Shown one piece after another: positions 12,193 to 24,242 of a DNA stretch of 33,000 nucleotides (position 1 is the stretch's first letter; every line of letters begins with the position of its first letter). Under the pieces are notes generated by a model that did no database searches, was not told the DNA's origin, and saw only the letters and a list, made by a program, of their open reading frames with translations. The stretch spans positions 10,168,001 through 10,201,000 of the forward strand of contig OU015569.1 of NCBI GenBank assembly GCA_907165135.1, written 5' to 3'. Both the position numbers and the translations under genes were made by a program. The stretch is from Oikopleura dioica. Lineage: Eukaryota; Animalia; Chordata.

Positions 12193-12970
12193 GCTCGCCC
12201 GCCTCATCGAAGTCGTCAGTACAGTTACAGTCAGGCAAGAGAATCAAGAAGAACGAAAAAACGCGAAAAAGTGAACTCGCCGATTCGAAAATTCAGAAAT
12301 TTGGAAACGCGCCGTAGAAGCGGATAGGAAGGGGCTCCAACTCGACACTGTAATTCGTGTCAGTACTGTAATTCTTTCTGTTAGCAGCGTGAAAATACTG
12401 TTAAGATGTATAAACAGCATTTCGCAGAGTGCGAATTAAAAAAGAGAATATTTTCATCCTTTTTTTTAAATCGAGATAGTAATTGAGATGATTGATGCTG
12501 GGGATGAGGTCGGCTCGATTGAGACTGACTGTAACTGACTCGAAAAAGTTCAACTTTGATTGAGCTGAGTTGATAGTAGCAGCATCGTTAATTTTTTTCG
12601 CACAGTCCCGTTTTAGAGAAGGAACATGCTCGGCCACTAGTCCGAAAATAACAAGCAAAGGTGATTTCCGAAAGGCGACGATATAAAATTTTCTACGCTC
12701 TCGTAAAAGAGATAATCTCAAATAGAGTGGTGTTAGTAATCTCCTCCAAACATAATCGCGCCGTGAGTGTCTGGCATCAATTTTGTCTTTGTCTTTTCGA
12801 GCTCTTAAAAAGCGGGAGGAAATTAATAGCGAGAAGAGGAAAAGAGAACTAACGAGGGCGACTTCACTAGAACTTGTTTTTTGTAGCAGTCGATGGAATG
12901 CGGCAATGCTGACAATTCATACAGATCGGGTCAGTCACGCGCTGTTTTCCACTTTCACAGTCAATTTCAG

Positions 12971-15900
12971 ATACTCAACTAACTGACGGCGACAACGAGG
13001 ACTCTGCGGCGAACGGGGAAGTAACGCAGATATTTTCGCAGGAATGGCTCACTGATTGTCGCGTTCTAGCTATTTGTAGGAAAAGGACTGCTAATTAGAA
13101 TCGTCGAGCCCTTAACATAACCGCTTTCTAGATTTCTATAGAGCCGTTCTCAGACCCCCGAAGGATTCAACCGATACAAGCGCCCTTCCACAAGAGGTAA
13201 ATTTACAAGCAAAAAAGTTAATTATCTAGTGACTAATTCTAATGTGTGAGTTGTCAATTCCTTCGAGTGCGAAGGGATTGGCAGCTCTTTCATGCGAGTC
13301 ACGTACTGCGAGCTTGCACTTGTCTCTTCGCATCGTTCTACTTCTGCCTTGAACTTTCAAATATCGAATACTTACGGTAATTAGGACCAGATGTGGACTC
13401 GGACATAGGATTCACTTCGCCGACGCCTGTCGGATCGTACAACTCAATCTATCTCCATGACACGACCGATGGAATGGACGGCTCTGATGGCGACTCAGAA
13501 AGTCGGTGAGCGGACATAGCCCGTAGGAAACGCTAGGATCATATCGATCTGCTCATATGACACAAGTTGTTTAGAAATTATTTAGGCCAGATGTGCTTTT
13601 CCGCAAACGCAAGAAAACCGGCAAAAAGGGAAACTCTTCGCAGGGCTACTTTGGGGCCGGATATCACTCCAGGTAAGATTATTACTCTACTGAAATTGAA
13701 GCTAAAAGGGTCATTCCGTCGAATAATCTTGATTTATTGTCGCGTTTCTAGCGACATCGTTAGATTTATCAGAAAAAGATGTCCCGCTCCCCCGATAAAG
13801 CCCATATAACGCCGCCGTTCCGGGTAATATTCATAGAAAGGAATTTAAATTCGTTAGTCGTAAAAGTCTTCGAGTCCGCGAATTCTTTTCGATGAGCAAA
13901 CACTTTTTCTATCTCCTTGGGTAAGTCGCCGTTCGTTCTCAGTGACTCAGAGAAGGCGATAGCGCTTCTGAAAGAAAGTGATAGCGACTTGTTGGCGGAT
14001 TCGGCTTGTTTCGTTCGCAATCTGTTGATTTCTATTTCAGCTCGTCGCACTTGCCCTCTCCGACAAATGAGATGGTCGACACGAAAAACGAGCCGGAGCC
14101 ACTCTCCAACGAAGAGGACAATGCGCCGCTTTTCCCGTAAGTTCTTATTCATTTTGCCAACAAGATGAGAAGCGATCAGAGCAGAGTTATATCGCTATAT
14201 AGGTTCTCCATTCCGAACAAGAAAGTCCTACTAAAGACGAGGCCGAAGCTGGTGATTCTAGAGCAGCCGAGCAGACAGCACAGGGCGCGCTACGAGTCAG
14301 AAGGTTCTCGGGGAGCAGTAAAAGATGCGACGACGGACGGATCCCCAAAAATTCAGGTAGCGGAAAGTTCAAATCTGAAACAGCTATCATCGAGATTCGT
14401 TTAGCTTCTCGGCTACAATGAATCCAGCGTGGACGTATTTATCTTCGTCTGCAATGACAAAGGGTCACCTAAGCCTCATCTTTACTTCTCAGGTATTTGA
14501 AGATATTGAAAACGGATAGCAAAAAGGGTTTCAGCTTGCAAAATCGCCAGCAGGACGTCAACGCCTTGCGATGAAACGGAAATAACGATCGAAGGGATTC
14601 GTACTCGTGCGATCAAGATCACTCTGTACCCGAAAGACAACATGATCGGCACTGTCGACTGCGTCGGAATTCTGAAAATGCGCAACGCGGATGTCGAGAA
14701 TAAGTACAAGCAACAGTTGAACAAGAATATGACGAGGAAGAAGAACAACTCCATTGTTCGGATGGCGTTTCGAGCCACGATTCCAGAGTTCTCTGGCGAC
14801 GAGTCCGTTCGTAAACGTTAGTATTACTTTCGTTCCCTGGTTAATTGACAATCAATTATTTTAGATGTTGAAGTATTGTCGACGACAATTCAATGCTCGC
14901 AACCAGAGGGTCAGCCAGAAATACTCGATCTAAGCACTAGCCAGGGCAATCCAGAAGGCGACGAGAAACTGATCCTTATTGGGAAGAATCTCAACAAGAA
15001 CTGCGAGATCATTTTTTCGAGCGAGACGTGGACTGCTGCCGCTCGAGCAAACTCGGACTTCCCATCTTCCAAGGACCATTTAGTCGTTTGGACCCCGCGT
15101 TATCACGACACCCAGATTCAGCACGATGTTCAAGTCGAAGTGAGAATCAAGCACGGAGGTAGAGTATCACTATTTTTTTTATTTTGTTCTATCCTTTTTA
15201 AAAGGGAAAGTGTTGGATCCTTACCCGAAGCCTTTCACCTACAAAGCTAATACTCCTAACAATGTGTTGGGACTTATCCAAGAGCAAATTCAAAAAGGAC
15301 TTCAACTAAATCTCAACCGGTCGTCTCTCCTTCAGCTGGAGAAGATTATGACCCTGGCGCAGCATGGCTCGCTCAGTAATTCTTCATTCCAAGACGATGA
15401 TCAGATGGATGCCAAGAGTGGCTCAAGCTCGCTTACACCAAAGCAAGAGCGCGATTTAAGCAATCAGTTCTCTCCAATTTCCGCTGGAATGGGATCCGAG
15501 AGTGGTGCGTCTCGCGCCGAATTCTCGCCAATCGAGAGTCAAATGTCGTCTCAACTCTCGTCTCCGCGAACTGGCGTGTCCGGATCTATTCACATTCAGT
15601 CTTCGCCCATCGATTTCAACAAACAGCCACCTCACCCAGATCTTGCTGTAATCCCATCCCCTTTGTTCCATTTCATATTTTCATTCTAGGATCAAATCGA
15701 TACACAAGAAACCCCCACAAACGAAGTTATTCCAGAGCCGAATCAGTTTTATCCTGAGCCAACTGGATTTAACCTTGACGAACATTATAATGATCACTCC
15801 TTTTCATCTCAAGAACCGCAAAGTAAGTAACGGAAACATAATCTTCCGTAATGTTGCCTCGGCAAATCATTTTTTACTTTTTAGCTTCTCTTGATCCTAC

Positions 15901-17093
15901 TTCTCCCTCCGCCGCCATCGCCAGCTCCTTCAACGATATTCACTTCCAAGCTGAAGATAGACTCGATCAGCACAATTACACATCTCAGAATTTTCAGCAA
16001 CAATCTTCTAGCAATTCATTGTTCACTTCAACCCCTCAAGTTCAACCACAACAGCAGCATCCTCAAGTTCAACAAGCACCACCCACAGCACAAACCCAGG
16101 AACAAACCCTAAACACTGACGATTCGTGTAGCAATCCAACGTACGCAAAACACAAAGTGAATCTTCTCCCGGAGGAAGATGTCTACAATTCTCTTCAAAC
16201 CTCATGTTCTTCTATCAAAGACGAAAACAAAGGTAAAGTAGTCGGCTACGTTCTTTCTCCAGACACGCTTTCAGAGCACTTCAGCAATGTACCATTTAAT
16301 CTCGAAAACGAACTGATGCAAATGAAAGATATAAAACCTCTAACACAGACGAGCACCCAGCAAGAACTCTCATACATCGATAACCAACCACCGAACCCAT
16401 CGTCTTTTTCGCAGATGCCTGCCAGGTAGGTCTCCTCCGTTCTACCGATCGCTCATAGTGAATTAGTAGTAATATATAATTTAGCTGGACTCAACCTTTG
16501 AAAAATGAAACTCCGATCGAGCTGGAGCCGGAAATCCAGCAAGTTCATGTCAATTTTGCGCAACCATCTGAGCAGAGCATCTCTTCGCAAATGGAGATCC
16601 AGCAACAAACAGAGATTGCGAACAATCAAGATGTGCCATGGTCCACCAATGTGCAACCTACTGTTTCCAGTGAAGTTCCCTCGCAGTTGTCAGGTGCTAC
16701 CGGCTCCATATCTGTAACGCCAGTTAACGAGAACCAGTACGAGCCAGTTCCAACGCCGCAGACAGATTCCATCAGCTGGAGCAAAACTTCATCGAGAGCG
16801 CTGCCTGAGACAGACGTAATTATGTCCACCCACTCATCTAATCCGGAGACTCAGCAGGAAAGTACGATCTCCATGACCAGAGATGAAATCCACCAAGCCA
16901 TTTCGAATGGAACGGCTGTTATTGTGGAAACGAAAATCAACCCACACCACCAGTCCGACGTAAGCTCTCACGAATCAACTGAGTTTAAAATATTTTGAAG
17001 CAAACTCTCGGTGGTTGGAGCAACGCGCCGCCAGCCCCTTCCCAGGCATCCGACCAGTCTTTCGAATCGATCTTTCAACAAGCTACTCCTTGA
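12971..17093 (+). CDS. NFAT5: NFAT5/TonEBP-type Rel-homology transcription factor (start uncertain)
   Basis: RHD LVILEQPSRQHRARYESEGSRGAVKD and DCVGILKMRNADVE; IPT domain CSQPEGQPEIL...LILIGKNL; upstream basic NLS RKRKK; Q/S-rich C-terminus; last exon ASDQSFESIFQQATP* ends at 17093. Confidence 0.92.
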
Positions 17094-17224
17094 GAAATAA
17101 TTTGTTAACCCTTATTCAATTCAAAATTCCCTTTGTCTTAGAACATAACTTCTTCAAATTCACGGTGAGTCTTCCCTTCCAAGTTATTTATTTTCCCGTG
17201 CAAAATTCAATTTTTCACCCTTAA

Positions 17225-17893
17225 GGGTACTACCTTCGATTTTAAAAATAGGCTTTATCTCCAAAGGACATAAAAGTGGTTCTCAAAAATAGTTTCTACA
17301 TAAAAATCTATCTAAGTTTGATATTGAAAGAATTTTGAAATTCTTGACCACTCCCAAGATATGGGCTCTAGAAGTTTTTTCGGAAAAAATTTTTGGTCTT
17401 CGATTTTCTTGAATAAGGGCTTTTTTGAAAACTTAGAGCAAGGGGAGTATTTTGGTGGGCTTTAAAATGCTCTCAGTAACATACTTTAGATTCTAGAGGC
17501 AAAAGTGTGTCGCAAACTTTTGAAAAATGCACAATTTGGGTAAAATTACCGATACACAATTTTCAAAAAATTATTTTTAGTGTTTTTCTGCTTTCAATCG
17601 TCAAATCCTTCTGACAGATTGAAGATAAAGCTCTATTGTACATTTAAAAAATTAAAGAAGGCCATGTTTACAGACTAACTTCCGAGCTATTCGACCGTGA
17701 ATATAGTCAATTTTGACATAGTTGACCACTTTGACCTAAAATTTAACCAATTTTTCGTTGAGCACTCCAAAAACGCTTCTGACAAATTAATGATCTAAGA
17801 TAGATCTACTTAGAAACCCCATAGGATTTCCGCTATCTTTGACATTTTCCGAGTTATTCAATGGGAAAGTTGCGGAAATCGAAGGTATTACCC
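17225..17893. mobile_element. Non-autonomous TIR element (669 bp) with TTAA target duplication, Kolobok-like ends
   Basis: TTAA|GGGTACTACCTTCGATTT ... AAATCGAAGGTATTACCC|TTAA; 18-bp TIR with one mismatch. Confidence 0.88.
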
Positions 17894-17952
17894 TTAAACT
17901 TAAAACATCAATGACATGTTAAATACTCGTTCTTTCATGTATGCCCGGCATC

Positions 17953-18101
17953 TTGGCTCAGCAACCTGTGTAGAAAGCCTGACAGAGGTTATTATAGAGC
18001 TAAAACGATGTCTCAAATATTGGCAGTTAAATCTTTCTAAAACTTTGACGACGCGTCTCTTAACTCTTCCTCAGATTTTTCTACACTTGTTGCTGAGGCA
18101 A
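17953..18101. mobile_element. 149-bp MITE with 24-bp TIRs and a 10-bp target duplication (Mutator-like)
   Basis: GCCCGGCATC at 17943-17952 and 18102-18111 flanks TTGGCTCAGCAACCTGTGTAGAAA ... TTTCTACACTTGTTGCTGAGGCAA (3 mismatches). Confidence 0.8.
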
Positions 18102-18387
18102 GCCCGGCATCTCTTGTTCAAATTTGAAATCTTCCCAACCTCCTCACAACTTTGTGAGTCTGTGTTTTGTATGAGAACAATCTTCTACAGTCTCCTAAAT
18201 TCAGTTATCTCCCATAAAAGGCACAGAGCATTGAAGGGACCAGATTGCAACATCATCGTTCCTGCATTTGATCTCAATTGACTGATACATAAAATAAAAT
18301 ATTTGATTCTGAGTGGATAACACAGCCATGCTAGAATTCTTTATTGTTATTTCTTTCAGAAGACCATTAATAGCTCCCAGCATCTTT

Positions 18388-19996
18388 TCATAAATCTTCA
18401 TCGATTATTGCGGATTCGTTAGCTTTCTTGAAGTTAAGATTGTCTAGCCGCTCTAGTTCTCTTTCCGCGATGAACCTATGGCTCTGACGCAGCGTTCTTA
18501 ACCTTTCTTTGAGCTGTATTTTCTTGCTAAATTACCTAAATGAATCGACCGCACAAGGGTATTTCCTATCATTTTTAAACTCGCGAGTTTCGAGCTCGTC
18601 CAGTTGCTCGATTTCGGCTATTCGTTTAATCATCATAAGTTCCATTATTTTAAGAGCCTCGATCTCAAGATCATTTTTGTTTCTCAAAGGGCAAGCGTGT
18701 GGCATAAGTTCCACGAGGAAAGGAACGACATCGCATTGAGGTCCAGTTTGGAAAATCTTAAGGGAGGTCGAAGATTTTGCGATCTCGTGCTCCGCGAACT
18801 TGTCGAAGAGTGTTTCTAAATATCGACCGGTGTGTAATTCAATAGTCTTCGTCCGAGTCACTTTCAAAACTTTTGAAGACGAAATCGACATCGTGACTTT
18901 CCCCTAAACTCAATGATTTCGCGCAGCGTAAGCTTCAAGAAAGTCAGCTGATTTTGTCCCGCTCCCAATGAAAACCCATAATCTACCAGCATTTGATCAT
19001 CACTCCGTTCATCGTACGATATCAAGAGTTGTTCGCCTCAATATTAGTTTAATCTTGCTTGATAAATAGTTACCTGTTAGAATATCTCTTATTGCTTCAC
19101 AGATAAGTCCTTTTTCCGGCGACATGCAATAGAATTTGCAGTTTACGTGCCCGACATCGCCATGATTCAGCATATCGAACCAAGGAGCTAGGCCGCTGCT
19201 GTCGAATGGGGTTCCAATTTCGAGTCCTTCGATTTTCATATCGTTGTATTTCTCATCGTAAATGTAAATTTGCCGAGTTTTGATCGTCGCTGCGGCCCAA
19301 CGAAATTTTATCCACGAACATTCACTGATGATTTCACGACTAACAATTATGATTGGAGTTTATCTTGGACTAGAACCTACTGATAGGTCTCGCGGATGTT
19401 CTTACGGATACTTGTAAATATCTCATGTCTATCGTAAAGTTTATTCAGCTCTTTCTCCACATCCGTACGAACTTGCGTTGTCAGAAGCTTTTGGTACTTT
19501 TCAGGGAGAAAATACGGGACGCTGTATTTGATTGGCAAAGTTTCGAAGTATTTTTCGAACTTGGATTTTTTGCCATATCCCTGCGTCGATTCAGTAACGA
19601 TCCAAAGTGTCAGCAAGTCAAATGCGTCGACGTTTCTTTTAACAATCGTCAGGTTGTTCAATAGAAAGCAATTTACCGCCCCAGCCGCCCGGCAGCCTCG
19701 CAAAAATAGGTAGCTTCTTTCAAGTTTTCTATCACAAATCTGGGGGTGACAAGCCATTCGCTATTTATGTGAAAGATCTTCTTGCCCTTTTGAACTCTCT
19801 CGATCGCTTGAACGCCTCTGCCAGTGTACGGAAAGTTCTCCAAATTGATTGACTGATCTACATCTATTTCCAGACTTCTGTCGTAGCGATGAAACATGGC
19901 ATTCACGCACTAGCATATTAACAAGTTCTAGCGTTTTTTTTTCTTTTTTCACGCGTTCCTGAGAGCCTTCTCTACGAGGCTGTGTTCGTTGAGCAT
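18388..19996 (-). CDS. SETD4: SET-domain lysine methyltransferase, SETD4-like (Rubisco LSMT family)
   Basis: FPYTGRGVQA, SKFEKYFETLP, FRWAAATIKTRQIY, LAPWFDMLNH and EQLLISY...QMLVDYGF motifs across exons. Confidence 0.82.
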
Positions 19997-20168
19997 TCGT
20001 GGAAAAATAGTTGATTTAAAATATTTTTCGAACTTTGGGAGGTTCAACTTCGAGTAAAGGCGAAGCTCGAGTACTCTCAGCACCTTGTTATCGCATCACG
20101 ACTTAGTACTTCTCACATACATCGTCAATCGAGACGCACTGCCAACTAATGGAAGAGATGAGTTTAGA

Positions 20169-21534
20169 ATGAACAACAAAGCGTTTATTCTAGATACAGG
20201 CGCGAATTCGATAAAATGTGGCTACGACTCGGACGAGCAGCCATTGGTACATCCTTATTAAAAAATATTTTAACTGAATTATTAGCTTAGCACTTTCCCA
20301 ACTCGATCTGGCGACCCAAAACGGGGAGACTCATTGTTTCCGATGAAGTTAACGAGAAACGAAATGGCGGCTCCCTTTTCCACCTTTCTCCTATGAAAAA
20401 AGGATACATCGTCAACTGGGACGTCCAGAGAACAGTTTGGGAGCATGTAATACGCGACAAGCTCAAAATGGACCCTACTGAATATACCGCCGTTATAACC
20501 GAGCCACAATTCGACCCCCTTGCCAATCAAAGAGCTCTAGACGAGGTGTTCTTCGAAGATTACGGCTTCAGCGCGATTTACCGCTCAAACACTACTTCCA
20601 TAGTTGCCGATAGATATCAAGGTAGACCTGCTTCGACCTCTTCATCTAAAAACGTGATTTTCAGAGATCTCCAAATCTTTCGGCTGCGTTGTCGTCGAGT
20701 GCGGTCACAGTTTTACTCATATTGTGCCGTATTGGGGAGAGAAGAAGCTCAAGAATGCGATTATAAGACTTGACATTGGTGGGAAACTCATCTCAAATTA
20801 TATGAAAGAAGTGATTTCATACAGACAGCTGAATTTGATGGAAGAATTCCGAATGTGCCAGGAAATAAAAGTAAAAAAAACACTACTTTCCTAAATAACA
20901 GCTTCTTTTAGGAGAAACTTTGCTTCCTGTCGAAAAACTTCAAGTCTGATATGAGTAAGCGCGAGCAACTCAAACGCATCTTTGTCTTGCCAAATCTATC
21001 TGCAGAGTCGCCCGGTTACTTTTTGCCGGAAAACGAGCCTCCTCCCTGCAATGCTCAATTCCTTTCCTTGTCTCGTGAGCGATTCCAAGTTCCCGAAATA
21101 CTTTTCTCGCCGCACGAAATTGGAATCAACTCACTCGGACTCGGCGAAGCCATTGTCGAAGCAATTATGAGAACGGACGAGCTTCAGAGGCCGATTCTCT
21201 TTAAAAACATTATGGTAAAGGGATGCAGAAGAACAGAAAAGATATGATATATACGTTCTACTAATTTACTTTTACTTTTGAAATCCCGAAAAAAGTGATC
21301 GGAGGAACGTCAACACTTCCGAATTTTCGTCAGCGTGTTTTGGAAAGCGTGAGAGGATTGACAACCGACGAATACGATGTCCGCGTCGGCGAGTCAGCGC
21401 AGCCAGCCGATTACGCATTTAACTGCGCGCGCATCCTTTCGCAAGGAGTTGGCTTCGAAGACGACGTTCTCACCCGTACGCAATGGCTCGAAGAAGGAGA
21501 AAGAATATCCGACCAGTTTTTCTACCAAATCTAA
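20169..21534 (+). CDS. ACTR6: Actin-related protein 6 (SWR1/SRCAP complex)
   Basis: FILDTGANSIKCGY, PMKKGYIVNWDVQRTVW, ITEPQF, EVFFEDYGF, CGHSFTHIVPY, LDIGGKLISNYMKEVISYRQLNLMEE, ERFQVPEILFSP. Confidence 0.93.
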
Positions 21535-21776
21535 TTTCATACAAACTTTTTGCAATGATCAAACCACCGCCTTCTATACTTTTACCAAAAAATCTGCGTT
21601 TTAAAAATCTGAATAATTTAGCTCAATAAAGTTAACAATTTTCTTAATTGAGAGTTACTCTGATTTTCATGCAACAATTCGATTCGAGTAGACTGCGTTT
21701 AGTTGAATTTAAATTTATTCTTCGAAGATATATGAACTCGGAAGACAGGTTTTGGGAAGTTAAAACTTTCGGGAAA

Positions 21777-22634
21777 CTAGGGAGTATATTCTTCTTCCTC
21801 GCTTGATTCTTCTTCGGACGAGGTTTCCTCCTCGGATGAGCCAGACGAGTCGTCTTCGTAGGAGGAATCGTCTTCGGAAGTAGAGTCAACCGCAAGTCGA
21901 CCGAAGTTGATTTCCGAGTGCGTCCCGGAGTCTGACGAGTCGGACTCTGAGCTGCTTTCCTCGCTCGAAGAGTCTTCTGACGAAGAATCCTCGCTAAAAT
22001 TCGATGAGTACCCTGAAAGCATGAGAGATCGGCCTCCTTACATTTTGTCTTCCGATTTCTTGGCGGAGGCGGCGATGTCGCGACAGTACTGGCCGGCTCG
22101 TTTCAACTTGGAAGTGAACTCACTATCGTTGTAAATTCTTCCGGACTTGCCGTTTTCCTCAAGCAACTCCAAAATAAGTCGATTGACTGTCGGTCGGATT
22201 TAAAACAAAAAAAAAAGATTTTGACAATGTCAGGAAAAGTAAATTATCCAACTGCCTTGAAGATTCTTGATTGAACCGCGTGGTAGCTCCTGCCTCTTTC
22301 GGCAAAGTGCGCATTCGATCGCCCGCACGAATTTCTTGGAGCAAGAACTGATCAAACAATCAGCGCAGAAAGTGTGTTGGCAGCTCAACATTAGCGGGTG
22401 GAAGAACGTGTCAAAGCAGATTTTGCATTTGACATTGGAAGCGTCTACGCGCAGCTCTTGAATGCTTTCATCAGCTTTCTTCGGGTTTAAACTTATTCAG
22501 CAGTAATATAAATAAAAAACCAACAGAATCTTCACCCGAGTCCCTATTTGATTCATCGCCGTCCGAGCACTCTCTGTTTCTCCCAGTCCCTCGAAGTACG
22601 AAATCGTCTCTTTCACCGCTTTCGAATCACTCAT
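21777..22634 (-). CDS. C3HC4 RING-finger protein with Ser/Glu/Asp-rich C-terminal tail
   Basis: CKICFDTFFHPLMLSCQHTFCADCL...CALC; a phase-consistent intron (at|gtaag...ttttag|c) joins the acidic tail ending EEEEYTP*. Confidence 0.85.
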
Positions 22635-23420
22635 TTGGAGCAACTAACTCGCCGAACAGACATAGCTGACGCGTTGCGGGGAGCAGTGTTTTTAAGATGA
22701 TCAGATAAAACAAACCGTTACCTATTTTTGTTGGCACTTTGACACCAGCGACGTCATCTTATAAGGAAATTCTTTTAGAAACCCGGTTGGCTTTTTGTTC
22801 GAGTTTAATCGAAATATCTATCAAGAATATGCTTACCAGATATTTATAAGAACACTGTTTCTGATATTACATATGCCAAATTTATAGGGCAAGATAAATC
22901 AAAATAATTCTGATGCATTTTCAATTAGAAGCAAAAGACTGTATAAAGCGCCGAAAGTGATTAACCCTTCGAGTGTGTTTTCTCGCAGGTATCTAAATTA
23001 AAACCATAAATTGTGTTATCTGTCCTGTCGCTGGGATTAGTCTTTCTTCAAAATCAATCTGGCCGGCGCCAAAAATGTAAAACGCCACTCGGTCAGAGTC
23101 TGCTCCTCTCACTACCGTAGCAATACAAGAGAACAAGCAAAATAGTCTGAAAGTTTTTTTTTTGCATTTGAGCCAGTTAGAGCCTGAACTTAGAAGTCAG
23201 AGGAAGGTATTCGATAGATAGGAGTATTCCTATTATAAGGCTTGTTCACAAAGGGATGTAGAATAAGGCAATTATTCCAACAAGTGCAAAAAAATTAAGA
23301 AACTATTGTATGTTGTAAAATCTCGAAAAATACTTATGCGACCGGTATTATCACTCAAGTCGGTTGAAGACGTTAAGATTTTTTCCATATCCCTACCAAA
23401 GATCTCAAAGCGAAGCCATA

Positions 23421-23772
23421 ATGAGCGATGACAACCCTTTAGCTGATTTCGGCTTCAATGTAAGTTAGAGAACGCCCAAGTACGCCGCTTTCATATTATT
23501 TAGTGTTCAAGTTTAAGACTGCGGAAGTTGGAAAAAAGATCGCAATGTAAGAAATTTTCTGTAAAGGGTTTTTATTTTAAATTTAGCAGGACCGATTTTC
23601 CCGAAACTGAAGGTTAACGGGACTTATTTAACGAAGGATCAGGCAGTAAGAAGTCATTTCGAAATTGCAATTTTTAGCTTCAAACTCTTTCTAGCTAAGC
23701 TTGGAAACAACGTACGTTAAAGAGTGTTTCGACTGTCAGGAGCAACAAGAGAGCTGTCTTCTCATAGTTTGA
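23421..23772 (+). CDS. Small 4-exon orphan ORF (about 72 aa)
   Basis: Three short gtaag...ag introns join in phase to give MSDDNPLADFGFNCSSLRLRKLEKRSQSGPIFPKLKVNGTYLTKDQALSLETTYVKECFDCQEQQESCLLIV*. Confidence 0.5.
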
Positions 23773-24242
23773 GTTACAACTGATTCATTCACAGATGTTC
23801 AGGAAATTACCCACTTTCGTAATTTTTATAAAGATCGAGAATATTTCCAACTTTGAAACTCAATTCAGGATTCTATTCAATAGGCGCCGCAATACTTATA
23901 TTTCGCCAGCTGATCAAAGGTCTTTTAAATTTAAGCGAACTTTCGAGAAAATCTTTTTCAGTGATAACGAAACGTCTTAACAGAATATTTGGAGAAAAAG
24001 TTAAGTGCTATTCTTTGTTCCTTGGTTCGAAATATATCTCTTCTATTTCAAGTCGTCAATGCTTTTTTGAATTTGTCTTTTCAAATACAGATTTTTCCTC
24101 CTTGATTTCAAAGGTGCTTCGCTTTGACCACCCCTGAGCCAGGAACAGCAGTCGGCTATTTTTTTCGGCTGAACACTAATTCTTCGGCGATTAGCTTTTG
24201 TCGCCTCCTGCAGCAGCACACAAAGGGCGCCCGCCCACCGCC

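Noticed and set aside
11148-17893. Composite transposon carrying NFAT5
   Set aside because: The two elements have different TIR sequences and each has its own complete pair of ends.
18073-18190. Minus-strand peptide ...KRCRACLSNKC resembling a nuclear-receptor zinc finger
   Set aside because: The motif is created by the TSD/TIR junction of the 149-bp MITE, and no first finger is present.
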